Below the pieces are notes generated by a model that ran no database searches, was not told the origin of the DNA, and was given only the letters and a program-made list of their open reading frames with translations. The translations under genes and the position numbers were made by a program. A stretch of DNA of 64,000 nucleotides, taken from positions 1,922,001 to 1,986,000 of the forward strand of contig NC_042998.1 of the NCBI RefSeq assembly GCF_006345805.1, read 5' to 3'. Source of the DNA: Octopus sinensis (lineage: Eukaryota). Positions 38,752 to 50,575 of the stretch are shown here, one piece after another; positions within the stretch are counted from its first letter, which is position 1; the number at the start of each line of letters is the position of its first letter.

Positions 38752-39588
38752 GTAAACAATAAATTTATAATATATAATATAAAAAAAAAATAAATGCGCC
38801 CTTTTAAAGCCTAGCCAGGCTCATGGGCCCAGTTTCTGTGGCGTATGTGTTCTCCAGCTGGATGGGACGCCAGTCCATCGCAGCGTTACTCATTTTTGCC
38901 AGCTGAGTGGACTGGAGCAAAGTGAAATGAAGTGTTTTGCTCAAGAACACAATGCATCACCCGGTCCAGGAATCAAAACCACAATCTTATGATCATGATG
39001 CTGACACCCTAACCACAAAGCCATGCACCTCCACAATATATAATATAGCTTACTATTATATTGTTGTGCCTAGTTTCCAAGTTCATTCTCTTGGTGTGGC
39101 TGTGTGGTTAATAAGCTTGCTTCCCAATAATGTGTTTTTGAGTTTAGTCCTATTTATTGCACAATACCTTATGCAAATCTTCTACTTTAGCTCTGGACCG
39201 ACCAATGCCTTATGAGTTGATCTGACAGATGGAAACTCAAAGAAGCCTGTTGTGTGTGTGTTAGGAAGGGCATCCTGCTGTCAAAATCCTGCCAAAACAG
39301 TCACAGAAGTCTGATGCAAGCTTCTTCCTGGTCAGTTCCTGTCAAACCGTTCCATCCATGCCAGCATGGAAGGCAGATGTTAAATGATGATGATGATATA
39401 TATTCTTTTATTCTTTTACGCATTTCAGTCATTTAACTGTGGCCATGCTGGAGCACAGCCTTAAAAGGTTTTAGTCGAAGAAATCAATCCTAGGGCTTAT
39501 TCTATTAACAACCTCTTTTACCAAACCACTAAGTTACAGGGAGAGAAACACACCACTATCAGTTTTTCAAGTGATGATGGGAGTACAA

Positions 39589-39621
<33 letters not shown>

Positions 39622-39804
39622 CATATACACACAGACATGATAGGCTTCTTTCAGTTTCTGTCTACCAAATCCACTCACAAGGCTTTGGTCAGCCCAAGGC
39701 TATAGTAGAAAACACTTGCATAAGGTACCACAGAGTGAGGCTGAACCTAGAACCATGTGGTTGGGAAGCAAGCTTCTTACCACATAGCCACGCCTGTGTC
39801 TATA

Positions 39805-40692
39805 TATATTATTATTATTATTGTTCAACCGTGGTCGAGACAATGGAATTTACTATGTTACGCCAGACTTCACGGTCCATCATAGCATTACGGAGGTCCT
39901 GTTGCTGGATGCCTGTATCCCTGGAGATTACATCAGGGTAGGAGAGTGTGTGCCCTCTGGTGTTGCGAGTAGATGGCTTCCAGAGGAGAAGAGTAGAAAT
40001 TACTTCTTTTTCAGCTCTGCAACAATGTCCAGCAAACTGGACTCTCCTACCTTTCACAAGAGATGACACAGGTGGTAATTTCCCATATATTTGCATTTTG
40101 GTTGGATGGCGCTTCCACGAGAGATTTTGAGCTCTCATAAGGAGGCGAGTGTAGGTTCCATCCAATCGCCTCTCAAGCTTCTTTGATAACGTCCAGGTTT
40201 CTGAGCCATATAGTAGAATTGGTTCGACTGTGGCTTTGAATATTTCAAGTTTGAAGTCTCTACTTAGATTTGATGACCAGATCTTATGCATGTCATTACA
40301 GGCTGACCAGGCCATACCCTTTCTAGTTAGAAAATCTTTTTCAGATGATGATATGCATGACCCAAGATATTTGCAATCAGCAGAAACCATATTTAAGGGC
40401 GCATTGTTGAGAGTGTGGATGATGCAATCACTGTTGGACAGGCACTTGTTTATGCATTCAGTTTTGGCCTCATTGAGGTAAAGACCTACACAATTTGAGG
40501 CTTGTTCAAGAGATTGTAAAAGAGACTGGGCATTGGAGAGAGAATCACTGATAAGAGCGATGTCGTCAGCAAAGTCAGTGTCTGTCAAGTACTCAGCTGG
40601 GTGTCTGGAACTTCTTCTTGGTTTTATTTCAAAGCCCTTGCCAGAGATGGTATCAACTGACATACGTAGCACATAATCAACAACAATGATAT
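39805..40692 (-). mobile_element. 5'-truncated RTE-clade LINE with (TAA)n tail
   Basis: 284-aa ORF with TDFADDIAL, KYLGS, ILLYGSETWTL and RRVQFAGHC. The stop codon runs directly into (TAA)n. Confidence 0.92.
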
Positions 40693-40937
40693 ATAGTGAA
40701 GGCGGTGAGTTGGCAGAAACGTTAGCATACCAGCGAAATGCTTAGTGGTATTTCATCTATTGTTATGTTCTGAGTTCAAATTCCGCCAAGGTCGACTTTG
40801 CCTTTCATCCTTTTAGGGTCAGTTAAATTAAGTATCAGTTACGCACTGGGTCGATGTAATCCACTTAATCCCTTTATCTGTCCTGTTTGTCCCCTCTATG
40901 TTTAGCTCCCCCTGTGGGCAATAAAGAAATATATATA

Positions 40938-40988
<51 letters not shown>

Positions 40989-41083
40989 ATAAAACGGTAA
41001 GATAACAAAAGAAAGAAAGAGACCTCAATATTATGTAAATAGAGGAAATTTATCTATACAATATGTTACATTACTCGGTAGTC

Positions 41084-41146
41084 AAATAAAACTCTGAGTT
41101 TCAGATGCCGAAGTGGAAATCCACAACACCATCTCTTCAGTTATCT
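41084..41146 (-). ncRNA. Minimal type-I hammerhead ribozyme motif (intact core)
   Basis: AGAUAA-CUGAAGA-[stem II]-GAAA-CUCAGAG-UU^-UUAUUU: 6-bp stem I with one G-U, conserved core, palindromic stem III ACUC-A-GAGU. Confidence 0.65.
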
Positions 41147-41153
41147 GGCTATT

Positions 41154-41216
41154 AGATAACCGAAGAGATGGTGTTGTGGATTTCCACTTCGGCATCTGAA
41201 ACTCAGAGTTTTATCT
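41154..41216 (+). ncRNA. Hammerhead ribozyme motif with U4C core change
   Basis: AGAUAA-CCGAAGA-[stem II]-GAAA-CUCAGAG-UU^-UUAUCU: perfect 6-bp stem I, but core CUGA is CCGA. Confidence 0.55.
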
Positions 41217-43765
41217 TGACTACCGAGTAATGTAACATATTGTATAGATATATATATATATATATATAGAGTAGGCAAATGGTCTAATGGCTGAGGTGCT
41301 TCACTCTGGACCACAAGATCATGGTTTTGATCCCTGGACTGGGCAGTGCATTTTCTTCTTGAGCAAAACCCTTCATTTCATGTTGTTCTGTGAACACTTT
41401 GACATCTAACTTGTAGCATGTCATGCAATGTTAATTTTATGAAGGGAACAAGCTAATGCTTAGCTTGAACATTTGCTCACAATAAACAAATTATTTGTTG
41501 CATGTTGTTCAGTAAGAAGTTGCAGAACCCTTATCTGTTATTTGTGACAGGAAAGTCCTTAATGTGTGTGTGTGTGTCCCCTTGTCTTAATATCATGATG
41601 ATTTTAAATGAGTATCAGTGTCATACAAGCAATGTTGTTAGTTTCCTGTCTTCCATAAAAAAACATGTCAGGCCTAGAGAAAACATGTGAGGTTTTGGTG
41701 ACATTGAGGGCAGAAATCTGCCTCAAAAGCTCTACTTACCCCATGCAAGCATAGGAAAGTGGATGTTAAAACGATCACAGTGGTAGTGGCTGCTGTTACC
41801 ATCAATAAATCAACTTGCTGTTTTGTTAAAGAAAAAGCATTTAGTATGATGGAATGTTCTGCTATTGAATTTATATTATATGACAAACATTTAGTTGTTT
41901 TACTTGTAATTCAAACTCAAGCTTGTGTAGTGTTACACACTCAATAATAGCTGCGAGTCCGTTTAAGTATATTTTGTGAAGGAAAGATTGTCATCGTTAT
42001 TATCATCATTGCTTTAGTTCCCACTTTTTCATGCTGATATGGATTAAATGAAACTTATGGAGACAATTTTTCTATCTTCAGATGCTCACTTGTTTCCAAG
42101 TAAGGTACAATTTCTTCTCGTCCTTCAAACAGCTCAATGGCTTGGCATGTTTTTTTTTTTTATGGTAGACTATAAACAAAGACACCTTTGTAAAAACAGT
42201 GACATTGTTTTTATACCATGCATAAACATCAAGACAAAGAGAAGACACAAACACACACACACTTTCTTGAAGTTATTGAGATCATGTCGGTATCATGTAG
42301 GCAACTGACAATGGAAGTTCTCGAGTTATGTTCAATATGTTTTCTTTCGGATGTTAAATGTCTCTACTTATTGTGACTGCCCTGTTGAATTTATTTTGCT
42401 CACTAAATACAGATCTTGGGTTATTTGGCTCCTTGGTTTATGGTATTCAGACTAGATGTAATTTTTTTATAGGAATATACTGTTATATAGATAGTTATAA
42501 TTTGTGGTTGGAAGCTATTATTCAGCTTTTATGAACTATACACATGTATGAAGGGTTTCCTACAGTTTCTGTCTCCTGATCCCATTCACAAAACATTGGC
42601 CAGCTTTAGGCAATAGTAGAAGACAGCACCACCTAGTGGGAACAGACCTGGAACCCCATGGTTGCAGAGTGAGCTGCTTAAGCCCTCAGTCATGCCTGTA
42701 TCTTGAAATGATGCAGTTGTGAATGATATATTCCTTTTATTTTAATCTTAAAATCTAAGACTTTTATAGGATAATCAAATTGAGGTTTTTCCGACACTTT
42801 CCATATCCAGCTGGTATCAAAACATATGAGAATGCATGGTTTCTACCTCCACATTTATTCTTTTGAAGAATGTGCCACAAGTCTGGGAGGTTGCAAAGAG
42901 GCCATGGGCACTGCCCCTTCCTGCAGACTGAGTGAGTGGGGGGAGGGGAACCATCGAGTTGCAGGAATGGCTGTGTGGTAAGAAGTTTGCTTTCTGGTGA
43001 CATGGTTCTAGGTTAGAAGTTGAGGTCAGTGCAGTGAGTGATGAAGAAGAGCTGAAATGCAGCTTGATAGGAAATACTGGTATTGACATGGGGTCAAGAG
43101 TTCAAAGAGACAGAGATAGGAGTGGCTCCATTTTTTCTTTCTTTTCTTTTTTTTTTGTGCAGTGGAGATCATAAGACAAAATGATTTATGAAAAGCAAAT
43201 AAATATTTCTTCAGTTGAAAGTTTTTTCAGAAGCTTCATGTTATTTAGATTTAATGTCAAAAACATTAAGACTAACCCAATATATCCTATATTATTTGCA
43301 CTACTCTCACCAGCCGTCACCCATTTGTATGAATAGTTATATTTTGCCATGGCTGGACATATTTTCCTGAATGCATAATAGTGGCACTCATTCACAACTA
43401 TTACGCAATCTTAAGGCAAGGAACACTAACACACACACACACACACATATAATATAGACATGTGTGTCATCATCATCATCATCATCATATGTCCGTTGTT
43501 CATGCTGGCATGGGTTGGACGATTTGACCAGAGCTGGCAAGCTGGGGAACTGCACCAGACTCCAGCCTGATTTGGCATGGTTTCTACGGTTAGATACCCT
43601 TCCTAATGCCAACCACTTTACAGAGCGTGCTGGGCGCTTTTACTTTCGTGTGTGTGTGTGTGTATAGATAGATAGATTCAATCTAAACTGTCCGACAAAC
43701 TCTGAGTAGCAGTTTATTGTGATATTTTTGTTGCTTTAATAACAATAAAGTGTGTGTATATATAT

Positions 43766-43979
43766 ATATAATATATTAATAAATAAAACATATGCATATA
43801 TATATATACATATATGTACGTACCTACCTCTACATGTATATATACACGCATATATGAGTACAGGACACCAAAAAAACGTTGTCCTGTACTCATATATGCG
43901 TGTATATATACATGTAGAGGTAGGTATGTACATATATGTATATATATATGCATATGTTTTATTTATTAATATATTATAT
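43766..43979. repeat. Near-perfect ~100-bp inverted repeat with 12-nt loop
   Basis: 43766-43867 versus 43880-43979: one mismatch and one 2-nt (AT) indel; loop CCAAAAAAACGT. Confidence 0.93.
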
Positions 43980-44323
43980 GACGGAACGCACACATCCCTT
44001 TCTAAGTAAGATTGTTCTTGATATACATACATACATACATACATACACACACACATACACATACGATGGGCTTCTTGCTTTTATCTACCAAATCCACTCA
44101 CAAGGCTTTGAGCCTAAGGCTATAGTAGAAAACACTTGTGCAAGGTACCACACAGTGCAACTGAACCCAGAACCCCATGTTTGGGAAGCAAACTTTTTGA
44201 CTTTCTCAACCACATAGCTCTGCCTACACCTGTACATATTTCAAAATATTCTATTAAAACGTGGATGACTTTTAACTTCTTTTTTTTTTATCAAATAATA
44301 ATGGTGATACTTTATATTTTCAG

Positions 44324-44450
44324 ATTATTGTTTTGAGAACACACATGTTAACACATTCTGACAAGAGAGAGCATCATTGCTTTTTTGAAGGTTGCACTTA
44401 TGCTTTCAAGACCAAAGGATCCCTTATACGTCATATGAGGAGACATACAG
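44324..44450 (+). CDS. E4F1: E4F1 exon 5
   Basis: TTTTCAG acceptor; LRTHMLTHSDKREHHC..FKTKGSLIRHMRRHT (human FRTKGSLIRHHRRHT); donor G|GTCATT. Confidence 0.93.
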
Positions 44451-45618
44451 GTCATTATGCAACAGTTAATTTTTCCTTTCCTCTAGCTACATCTATGACT
44501 AAAATAATTGGGTCTTTGACGATTGAAACCATCACAAACCTGCATGGCTATGTGGTGAAGACGAAAGTTCGCTTTACAAGACCCTGTGGTTCCGGATTGG
44601 ATTCCACTGTGCAGCACCTTGAGAAGATGCATAGCATTGTGGACGAGTATCTTCTGCTACAGCCTCATGTCAATCAAAAGCCTTGTTAGTAGATTTGGCA
44701 GACAGAAACTGAAGAAGCCCATCATGTGTGTGTGTTCGCTTTGACATTGCATGATGGTTGTAAATGAGTCTCACTGTCAACAAGCAGTGTTGTTCATTTC
44801 CAGTCTTCCATGAAAAATATGCCTGGCCATGAGAAAATATGACTTCACTTGGAAACAGGTGAGGTTCAGAAACAGGATGGGCGTCCCACCATAGAAAATC
44901 TGCCTCAATAAATTCTGTCTGACCCATTGAAGTATGGGAAAGTGGATGTTAACTGATGACAATGATGGTATAATTTTATATTATATTGAGGCACAGGCAT
45001 AGCTGTGTGGTTAAGATATTCACTTTTGAAACCATGTGGCTTTTGGGTCATTCCCACTGCCATAGCACCTTGGGCAAGTGTCTTCTGTTATAGTCCGAAA
45101 CCAGCCAATGTCTTGTGAGGGAATCTGTGAGACAGAAACTGAGAGAAGACTGCCGTGTGTGTGTGTGCACATGTTTATATGTCTGTGAATGTTTGCCAAA
45201 ATGAATACTGAACTCCGGCTACAAGTGATGACATCACAGTTTGTGGTTGGGCTGCAACTGATGATGTTTGTTGACATTTCCTATCAATATTTCATCCGTT
45301 AGCTCTGAACTTTTGAATTCCTTCAGAGCAAAAGTGTCCCTCAAGAAATTGGGCAAGAAGAGCATCCAGCCATGAAAACCCTATCTCAACTTTCCTCCCA
45401 TCTACACCAAGCTAACAAGGAAAAGCAAAACGTTTGAATGAATGATTACATTAAATCTTGAAATTTACAGGGAAAATGAGTTGAAGATTTGGCATAATTC
45501 AAGGAATGAGGGTGACAAAAGGATTGGGAACAAATTAAGTTATTTATGCAAGAAATTATTGTTACCAAGAATTAATCACTCACAGTGCCATTCAAACTTA
45601 ATATTTATTTTTTTTCAG

Positions 45619-45697
45619 GAGAACGGCCTTACACTTGTAATATGTGCAAGCGAAGCTTTACTGAATCTGGTGCTCTCAGCAGGCATCTGAAATCAAG
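45619..45697 (+). CDS. E4F1: E4F1 exon 6
   Basis: TTTTTCAG acceptor; ERPYTCNMCKRSFTESGALSRHLKS; donor AG|GTCTGA. Confidence 0.93.
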
Positions 45698-46614
45698 GTC
45701 TGACTTGTTTTTATCTATATGTCATTACTATAAGAGAAATTAACAGTCATTCTTAAACAGTTACAGTGGTGAATATTGGCAGAATGGCTGGGGCATTAAA
45801 CAAAATGCTTTGTGTATTTGTCCCTGCACTGACATTCTAAGTTCAAATCTTGTGTAGGTCAGCTTAATATTCCACAGATAATTTGTACCTTTAATGTAAT
45901 CATCACAATGTATACATCTCAGGGTAGATAACAAAGCTGGCTCTTTAAATTACAGGTACAATCCATATGTTATAAACACGATTGTCTCATATAGGAATAC
46001 CTCATTAAGGAATTGTAATAAATTGCTGGTATTTCTATGCCCATGTCATGAGATGTTTAAAGTATCAGGAAATTTCCAGTGATGTATGAAATCTGTTTTT
46101 TGTACAAAGAAAAAAGAGCATAAAAGAAGCATTTGTGGAAGAGATTTTTAGTCACATTGTATGACAATGTATATAGTAATTTTTCTTTTTGTGTACAATT
46201 ACAAATATTTTCTGGCATGCAAGTCAAATTTTTCAGACCAAAACTTATAGCCAAAAATAGATAAGTTGACTTAGCAGACCAAAAATTCCATTTATATTGC
46301 ACCAAAATTTGGAAAGATAGTGACGATGTTTGACTGTTTATACTACATGTTTATGTTATATACTACATCAACTTGTATGCTGAAAGAATATGGTATTATG
46401 AGAGATTCTGTTTGGCATTGTCAGATTTCTACCGTTTAGTTAGAGTAATATTTTTAAATGTTAAGAGGAAAAATAAATTTTAATATTTTTTATCAAATTA
46501 ACTGCCACGTTACATTGGCAAATAAACTTTACTACATGTTGCTACATGTTCCTCATTCAGAGATTTAGAACTAATAATTTTATTAATGTTTTTTTTTTAT
46601 TAAATTTCAAACAG

Positions 46615-46783
46615 AACTCCATGTACAGCTAAGAGGGATTCTGATTTACCATGTTATGGTCAACGCTGGAACTTTATTGCAAATTTTCCATCTACAATGG
46701 GAAAAATTCAAAATACAAATGAAAATACAAATTTACAAACTCCTGATATAACTAATTCTGAGGAAGAAGCTTTTGTTGAACAG
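46615..46783 (+). CDS. E4F1: E4F1 exon 7
   Basis: AACAG acceptor; begins TPCT as in human KSLTPCT; donor CAG|GTCTGT. Confidence 0.88.
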
Positions 46784-47673
46784 GTCTGTATGGCTCAAAT
46801 ATTTATGGCTCTAATTTTGTATTGCAGTCAAAATTTCGATTGTAATAAATGTCAATAATTTTTAATCGTTAATTCTGTTCTGGTGTTTATACATTTATTT
46901 CCATATCAACGTTAGATTGAATTTATCTTCTATCAAAGCAGTGATGTGCCTTTTGCTATTACTTCCTCTACATAGCTTCTATTATATGCAATACTAATAC
47001 ATATGACACATTGCTCCTGTATAATTCATCATCACATTGTCACTTTTTTTATCTATTTTACCATTTTCCAGGTCTAACAAAACAAATGCTAACATGACAT
47101 TCATTTTGTTGGACATTCTATGCAATATGTTGTCATTCATATCAAGCTTACCTCATCTTGTTTGTAAAGCTCAGCATCCTGAGTTCTGACCCCAGCACTA
47201 TTTACAATCTTTCTTTTCCATAAGTTCCTTCTACTGTCTGTATATTGGCACTTAACATATTAACTGATACTTTTAATATCCTGTCATTTTCTCTGTTCAC
47301 TTCTGTGAGGTCTCACAGGGCAGATTATTAGTGAAGTCTCCTCTCACAACCCCTTTCTTAGATTAAGAAAATATTTGATGGAGATATCGATATCCTTCAA
47401 ATATTTCCCTTAACATAAGATTGCTATAAATTGTTTTGTATAAAACCCTAGGCTGCCCTGATTGGGCAACCTATGATCAAAGGCATTCCATCCATTCTTT
47501 TTTAAGCCATCTAATTTGAGGAAGATCTGTTTGCTATCACTATCAGGTCAAGCAACTGCATAGAGGCTCCCTCATTGACTTGATTTTACTTTTATTAATT
47601 CAAATTGATGAGGCATTGTGATAAAAGCGTAAAGGTAAACCAACCTATTTCCTTCATGGGAATATACACTATA

Positions 47674-48090
47674 GGCGCAAGAGTGGCTGTGTGATAAATA
47701 GATTGCTAACCAACCACATGGTTCCGGGTTCAGTCCCACTGCGTGGCATCTTGGGCAAGTGTCTTCTGCTATAGCCCCGGGCCGACCAATGCCTTGTGAG
47801 TGGATTTGGTAGATGGAAACTGAAAGAAGCCTGTCGTATATATGTATATATATATATGTGTGTGTGTGTGTTTGTGTGTCTGTGTTTGTCCCCCTAGCAT
47901 TGCTTGACAACCGATGCTGGTGTGTTTACGTCCCCGCCACTTAGCGGTTCGGCAAAAGAGACCGATAGAATAAGTACTGGGCTTACAAAGAATAAGTCCC
48001 GGGGTCGATTTACTCGACTAAAAGGCGGTGCTCCAGCATGGCCACAGTCAAATGACTGAAACAAGTAAAAGAGTAAAGAGAGTAAAGAGT
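47674..48090 (+). mobile_element. SINE family B, full length
   Basis: Same family as 21958-22371. Further copies at ~50985-51358 (+), 36086-36606 (-, interrupted), 39408-39795 (-), 60092-60413 (-), plus many 5' halves. Confidence 0.9.
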
Positions 48091-48177
48091 ATTGTTCTTC
48101 TTGAATGATGGAGCTTGTATGTACATGTTTGTTTCAGAGCTGCTGAAAATGCAGCTTCTCAGCTTGTTCAAAAGAAT

Positions 48178-48570
48178 CATCATCATCATCATCATCGTTT
48201 AACGTCCACTTTCCCTGCTAGCATGGGTTGGATGATTTGACTGAGGGCTGGCGAACCAGATGGCTGCACCAGGCTCCAATCTTGATCTGGCAGAGTTTCT
48301 ACAGCTGGATGCCCTTCCTAACGCCAACCACTCCAAGAGTGTAGTGGGTGCTTTTTACGTGCCACCGGCATGGGGGCCAGTCTGGCAGTACTAGCAACGA
48401 CCTCGCTCGAATGTTTTTACACGTGCCAGTAAGGTGACGCTGGTAATGATCATGCTCGAATGGTGCCTTTTTATGTGCCACTGGTACGGAAGCCGGTTAG
48501 CCACTCTGTCAGCGATCACACTCATATGGTGCACTTTGCACCCTGCTTGCACAGATGCCAGTCATCGAAT
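48178..48570 (-). mobile_element. 3'-UTR-only copy of the RTE LINE with (GAT)n tail
   Basis: (CAT)n-CGTTTAACGTCC..CATGGGTTGGA..GGATGCCCTTCCTAACGCCAACCAC matches the 3' end of the full LINE. Other copies at ~34405, 34850, 35850, 36300, 37230, 39260, 43460, 51360 and 52918. Confidence 0.88.
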
Positions 48571-48826
48571 AACATTTTTAAAATTTAGTTGAAGTAACTG
48601 AATATGTAGTTCACTACTTTATTTCTGTTTTCTTGTCAATTTGTTAACAATGCAAAAGAAAAGATATACTAGTTATGTTTTGGATATTATGATCATTTGT
48701 TTTTTTATTATTATTATTTGGATGGCAAGTGAGATAAGAAATGTAAATGAGGATTTTCACATCTATTAATGCTATGATTGTCCTAATTGGAATATTATTT
48801 TGCAATTTTTGACCCATTAGTCTCAG

Positions 48827-48967
48827 ACTGATACTGTATTGCCTATGGATGATTCTGTCTGTGAAGCTGGTGACTCAGAAACTACCACAGAAACATCTCA
48901 AGATAATGATAAATTATCTCCAGTAATGGTAGAAAAGATTGATCTTCTTAAAACAACTCAGTGTTGG
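48827..48967 (+). CDS. E4F1: E4F1 exon 8
   Basis: TCTCAG acceptor (an alternative TAG lies 6 nt upstream, in frame); open phase 0-0; ends KTTQCW; donor TGG|GTAAGT. Confidence 0.82.
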
Positions 48968-49132
48968 GTAAGTTTGTTGAATTTTTTTGTAAATTTTTTC
49001 TAAGTTTTTCTAAGTTCCCTCTTTGAGGTAACTTAAAACATTATCACTGAATTTGAAAATTAACTACATATTTCCTCCTAGATAGGGAAGGGATTTTTTT
49101 TTTTTATAAACCTTTTTAAATACCATGTGGTT

Positions 49133-49192
<60 letters not shown>

Positions 49193-49543
49193 GCACTGTT
49201 TTGGTTGTATGCTTAAGAAGTTTACTTCCCAGTCACATGGTTTCAGGTTCAGTCCTACTGTGTGGGACCTTGGGCAACTGTCTTCTGCTATAGCTGATTA
49301 AAGCTTTACGAATGGATTTGGTAGACAGAGTCTGGAAGAAGTCCTCCATCTCTCTCTCAGGGTGGTTGGCGTTAGCCATAAAAACTCCACCAAATTTGAA
49401 GAGCCTAAAAACGCTATGGCCATTGTCTCTTCTTGATACTAATTTATAAAATAAAAATTTACATAGAAACTCTGAGAATTAGTAATCTCCAATGAAGTTA
49501 GTACCAATTTGTATTTTACTTCATGCTTCTTTTTTTTCTGAAG

Positions 49544-49702
49544 GTATGTTGTGAAGATTTCTCCTGTGTTAATTCACTTCGGGTACATTTACGGACTCAT
49601 CTTGCAGACATGCCATTCCGATGTGGTCTTTGTCATTTTGTTGCTGAGAAGCGCCAAGAACTGGGTCGACACATGCTTTCCCAGCATAAAATTGAACTGA
49701 AG
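49544..49702 (+). CDS. E4F1: E4F1 exon 9
   Basis: Pyrimidine tract + GAAG acceptor; VCCEDF..RVHLRTH..FRCGLC..RHMLSQH completes the C-W-V-C finger begun in exon 8; donor AAG|GTTTTT. Confidence 0.88.
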
Positions 49703-49902
49703 GTTTTTTTGTTTTTTTCTTTGTTTTCTTATTCTTAATGAAACTCAACAATTTTTACATAGAATTCCTATTTTTTAATTTAGATTTATGATTGTATCAG
49801 CTTTAAATACTTTACAGAATAATTAATCCGATATATCCAGGTAAATTGTTTGACTAAGTATAACAAGTTACTACCACAGACTTTATTATAGTCATTATAT
49901 TA

Positions 49903-50030
49903 CAGTAACCTCCCAATTAAGTACATGCCTGCTTAAGTACGTACTCATTGAAGTACACATCCCAGATAAGTACATGCAAAGTCTTTAAGAACCTCAGGTT
50001 CAAGTTTATCAATGATTTATTCTACGGCAA
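49903..50030 (+). mobile_element. pogo/Tigger-like MITE end, with a second direct copy at ~51795-51910
   Basis: TA|CAGTAACCTCCCAATTAAGTAC start and repeated AAGTAC motifs. The two copies align over more than 100 bp. Confidence 0.5.
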
Positions 50031-50480
50031 TGCTTCTCCTTTCCTTTGCTTGACACAAAGAAAACTGACAGGAAAGATGACAAACAGGATCTGAAGCCAT
50101 GTGCATGCATGAGCCTTTCTCTGATTAGCTGCATGCACACTTTCCTGCAACTGATTTGCTACTGCTGTTGCTATGGACACACAAGCAGTTAGGTTCAAGT
50201 TGTGTACTTAAAAAGGGAGGACGCTACACTCTGCTTGTTGTGACACTAGAGACAGTAATTTTATTGTTTGCATCTCCATAGCAAGAAATGTTTCTATTAG
50301 AAAGTGAATCCAGGATAGAAACATGGCAACACAAAAGCAGAACTAGAGTTTAATTGCAAAATTTATTTTTCTTTGTCTGGAAAGTCAATTATTTTGTTTC
50401 TGTAGTGTAGGCTTTTAATTTTACCCTTTTATTTTCGTTTATGCTATTTTTTTCATCAGTAAATAAATGTATATTCATAG

Positions 50481-50575
50481 GGTCCAGAAGAATCTCTAAC
50501 GTCTTGTTCAGCTATTCTTGATAATGAGGGTCCTGTACAAGAAAAGGAAGAGTCTAGCATAAGTGTAATATGTCG
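50481..50575 (+). CDS. E4F1: E4F1 exon 10
   Basis: TTCATAG acceptor; open frame GPEESL..SVIC; phase 0 to 2, as required to join exons 9 and 11; donor CG|GTAAGT. Confidence 0.82.

Larger units (their letters stand above)
40986..41250. mobile_element. Penelope-like (PLE) terminal-repeat fragment with an inverted duplicate
   Basis: Arms 41051-41146 and 41154-41250 are reverse complements with 1 mismatch, 1 indel and a 7-nt spacer. Flanked by (TA)n. Each arm holds a hammerhead-like motif. PLE identity is inferred from that architecture. Confidence 0.6.

Noticed and set aside
43690-43712. AAACTCTGAGT 11-mer shared with the hammerhead stem III
   Set aside because: No GAAA or CUGANGA core or stem I nearby; may be chance.
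44451-44689. Read-through ORF after E4F1 exon 5
   Set aside because: The extension runs into degraded SINE sequence; splicing to 45619 restores the conserved TGERP.
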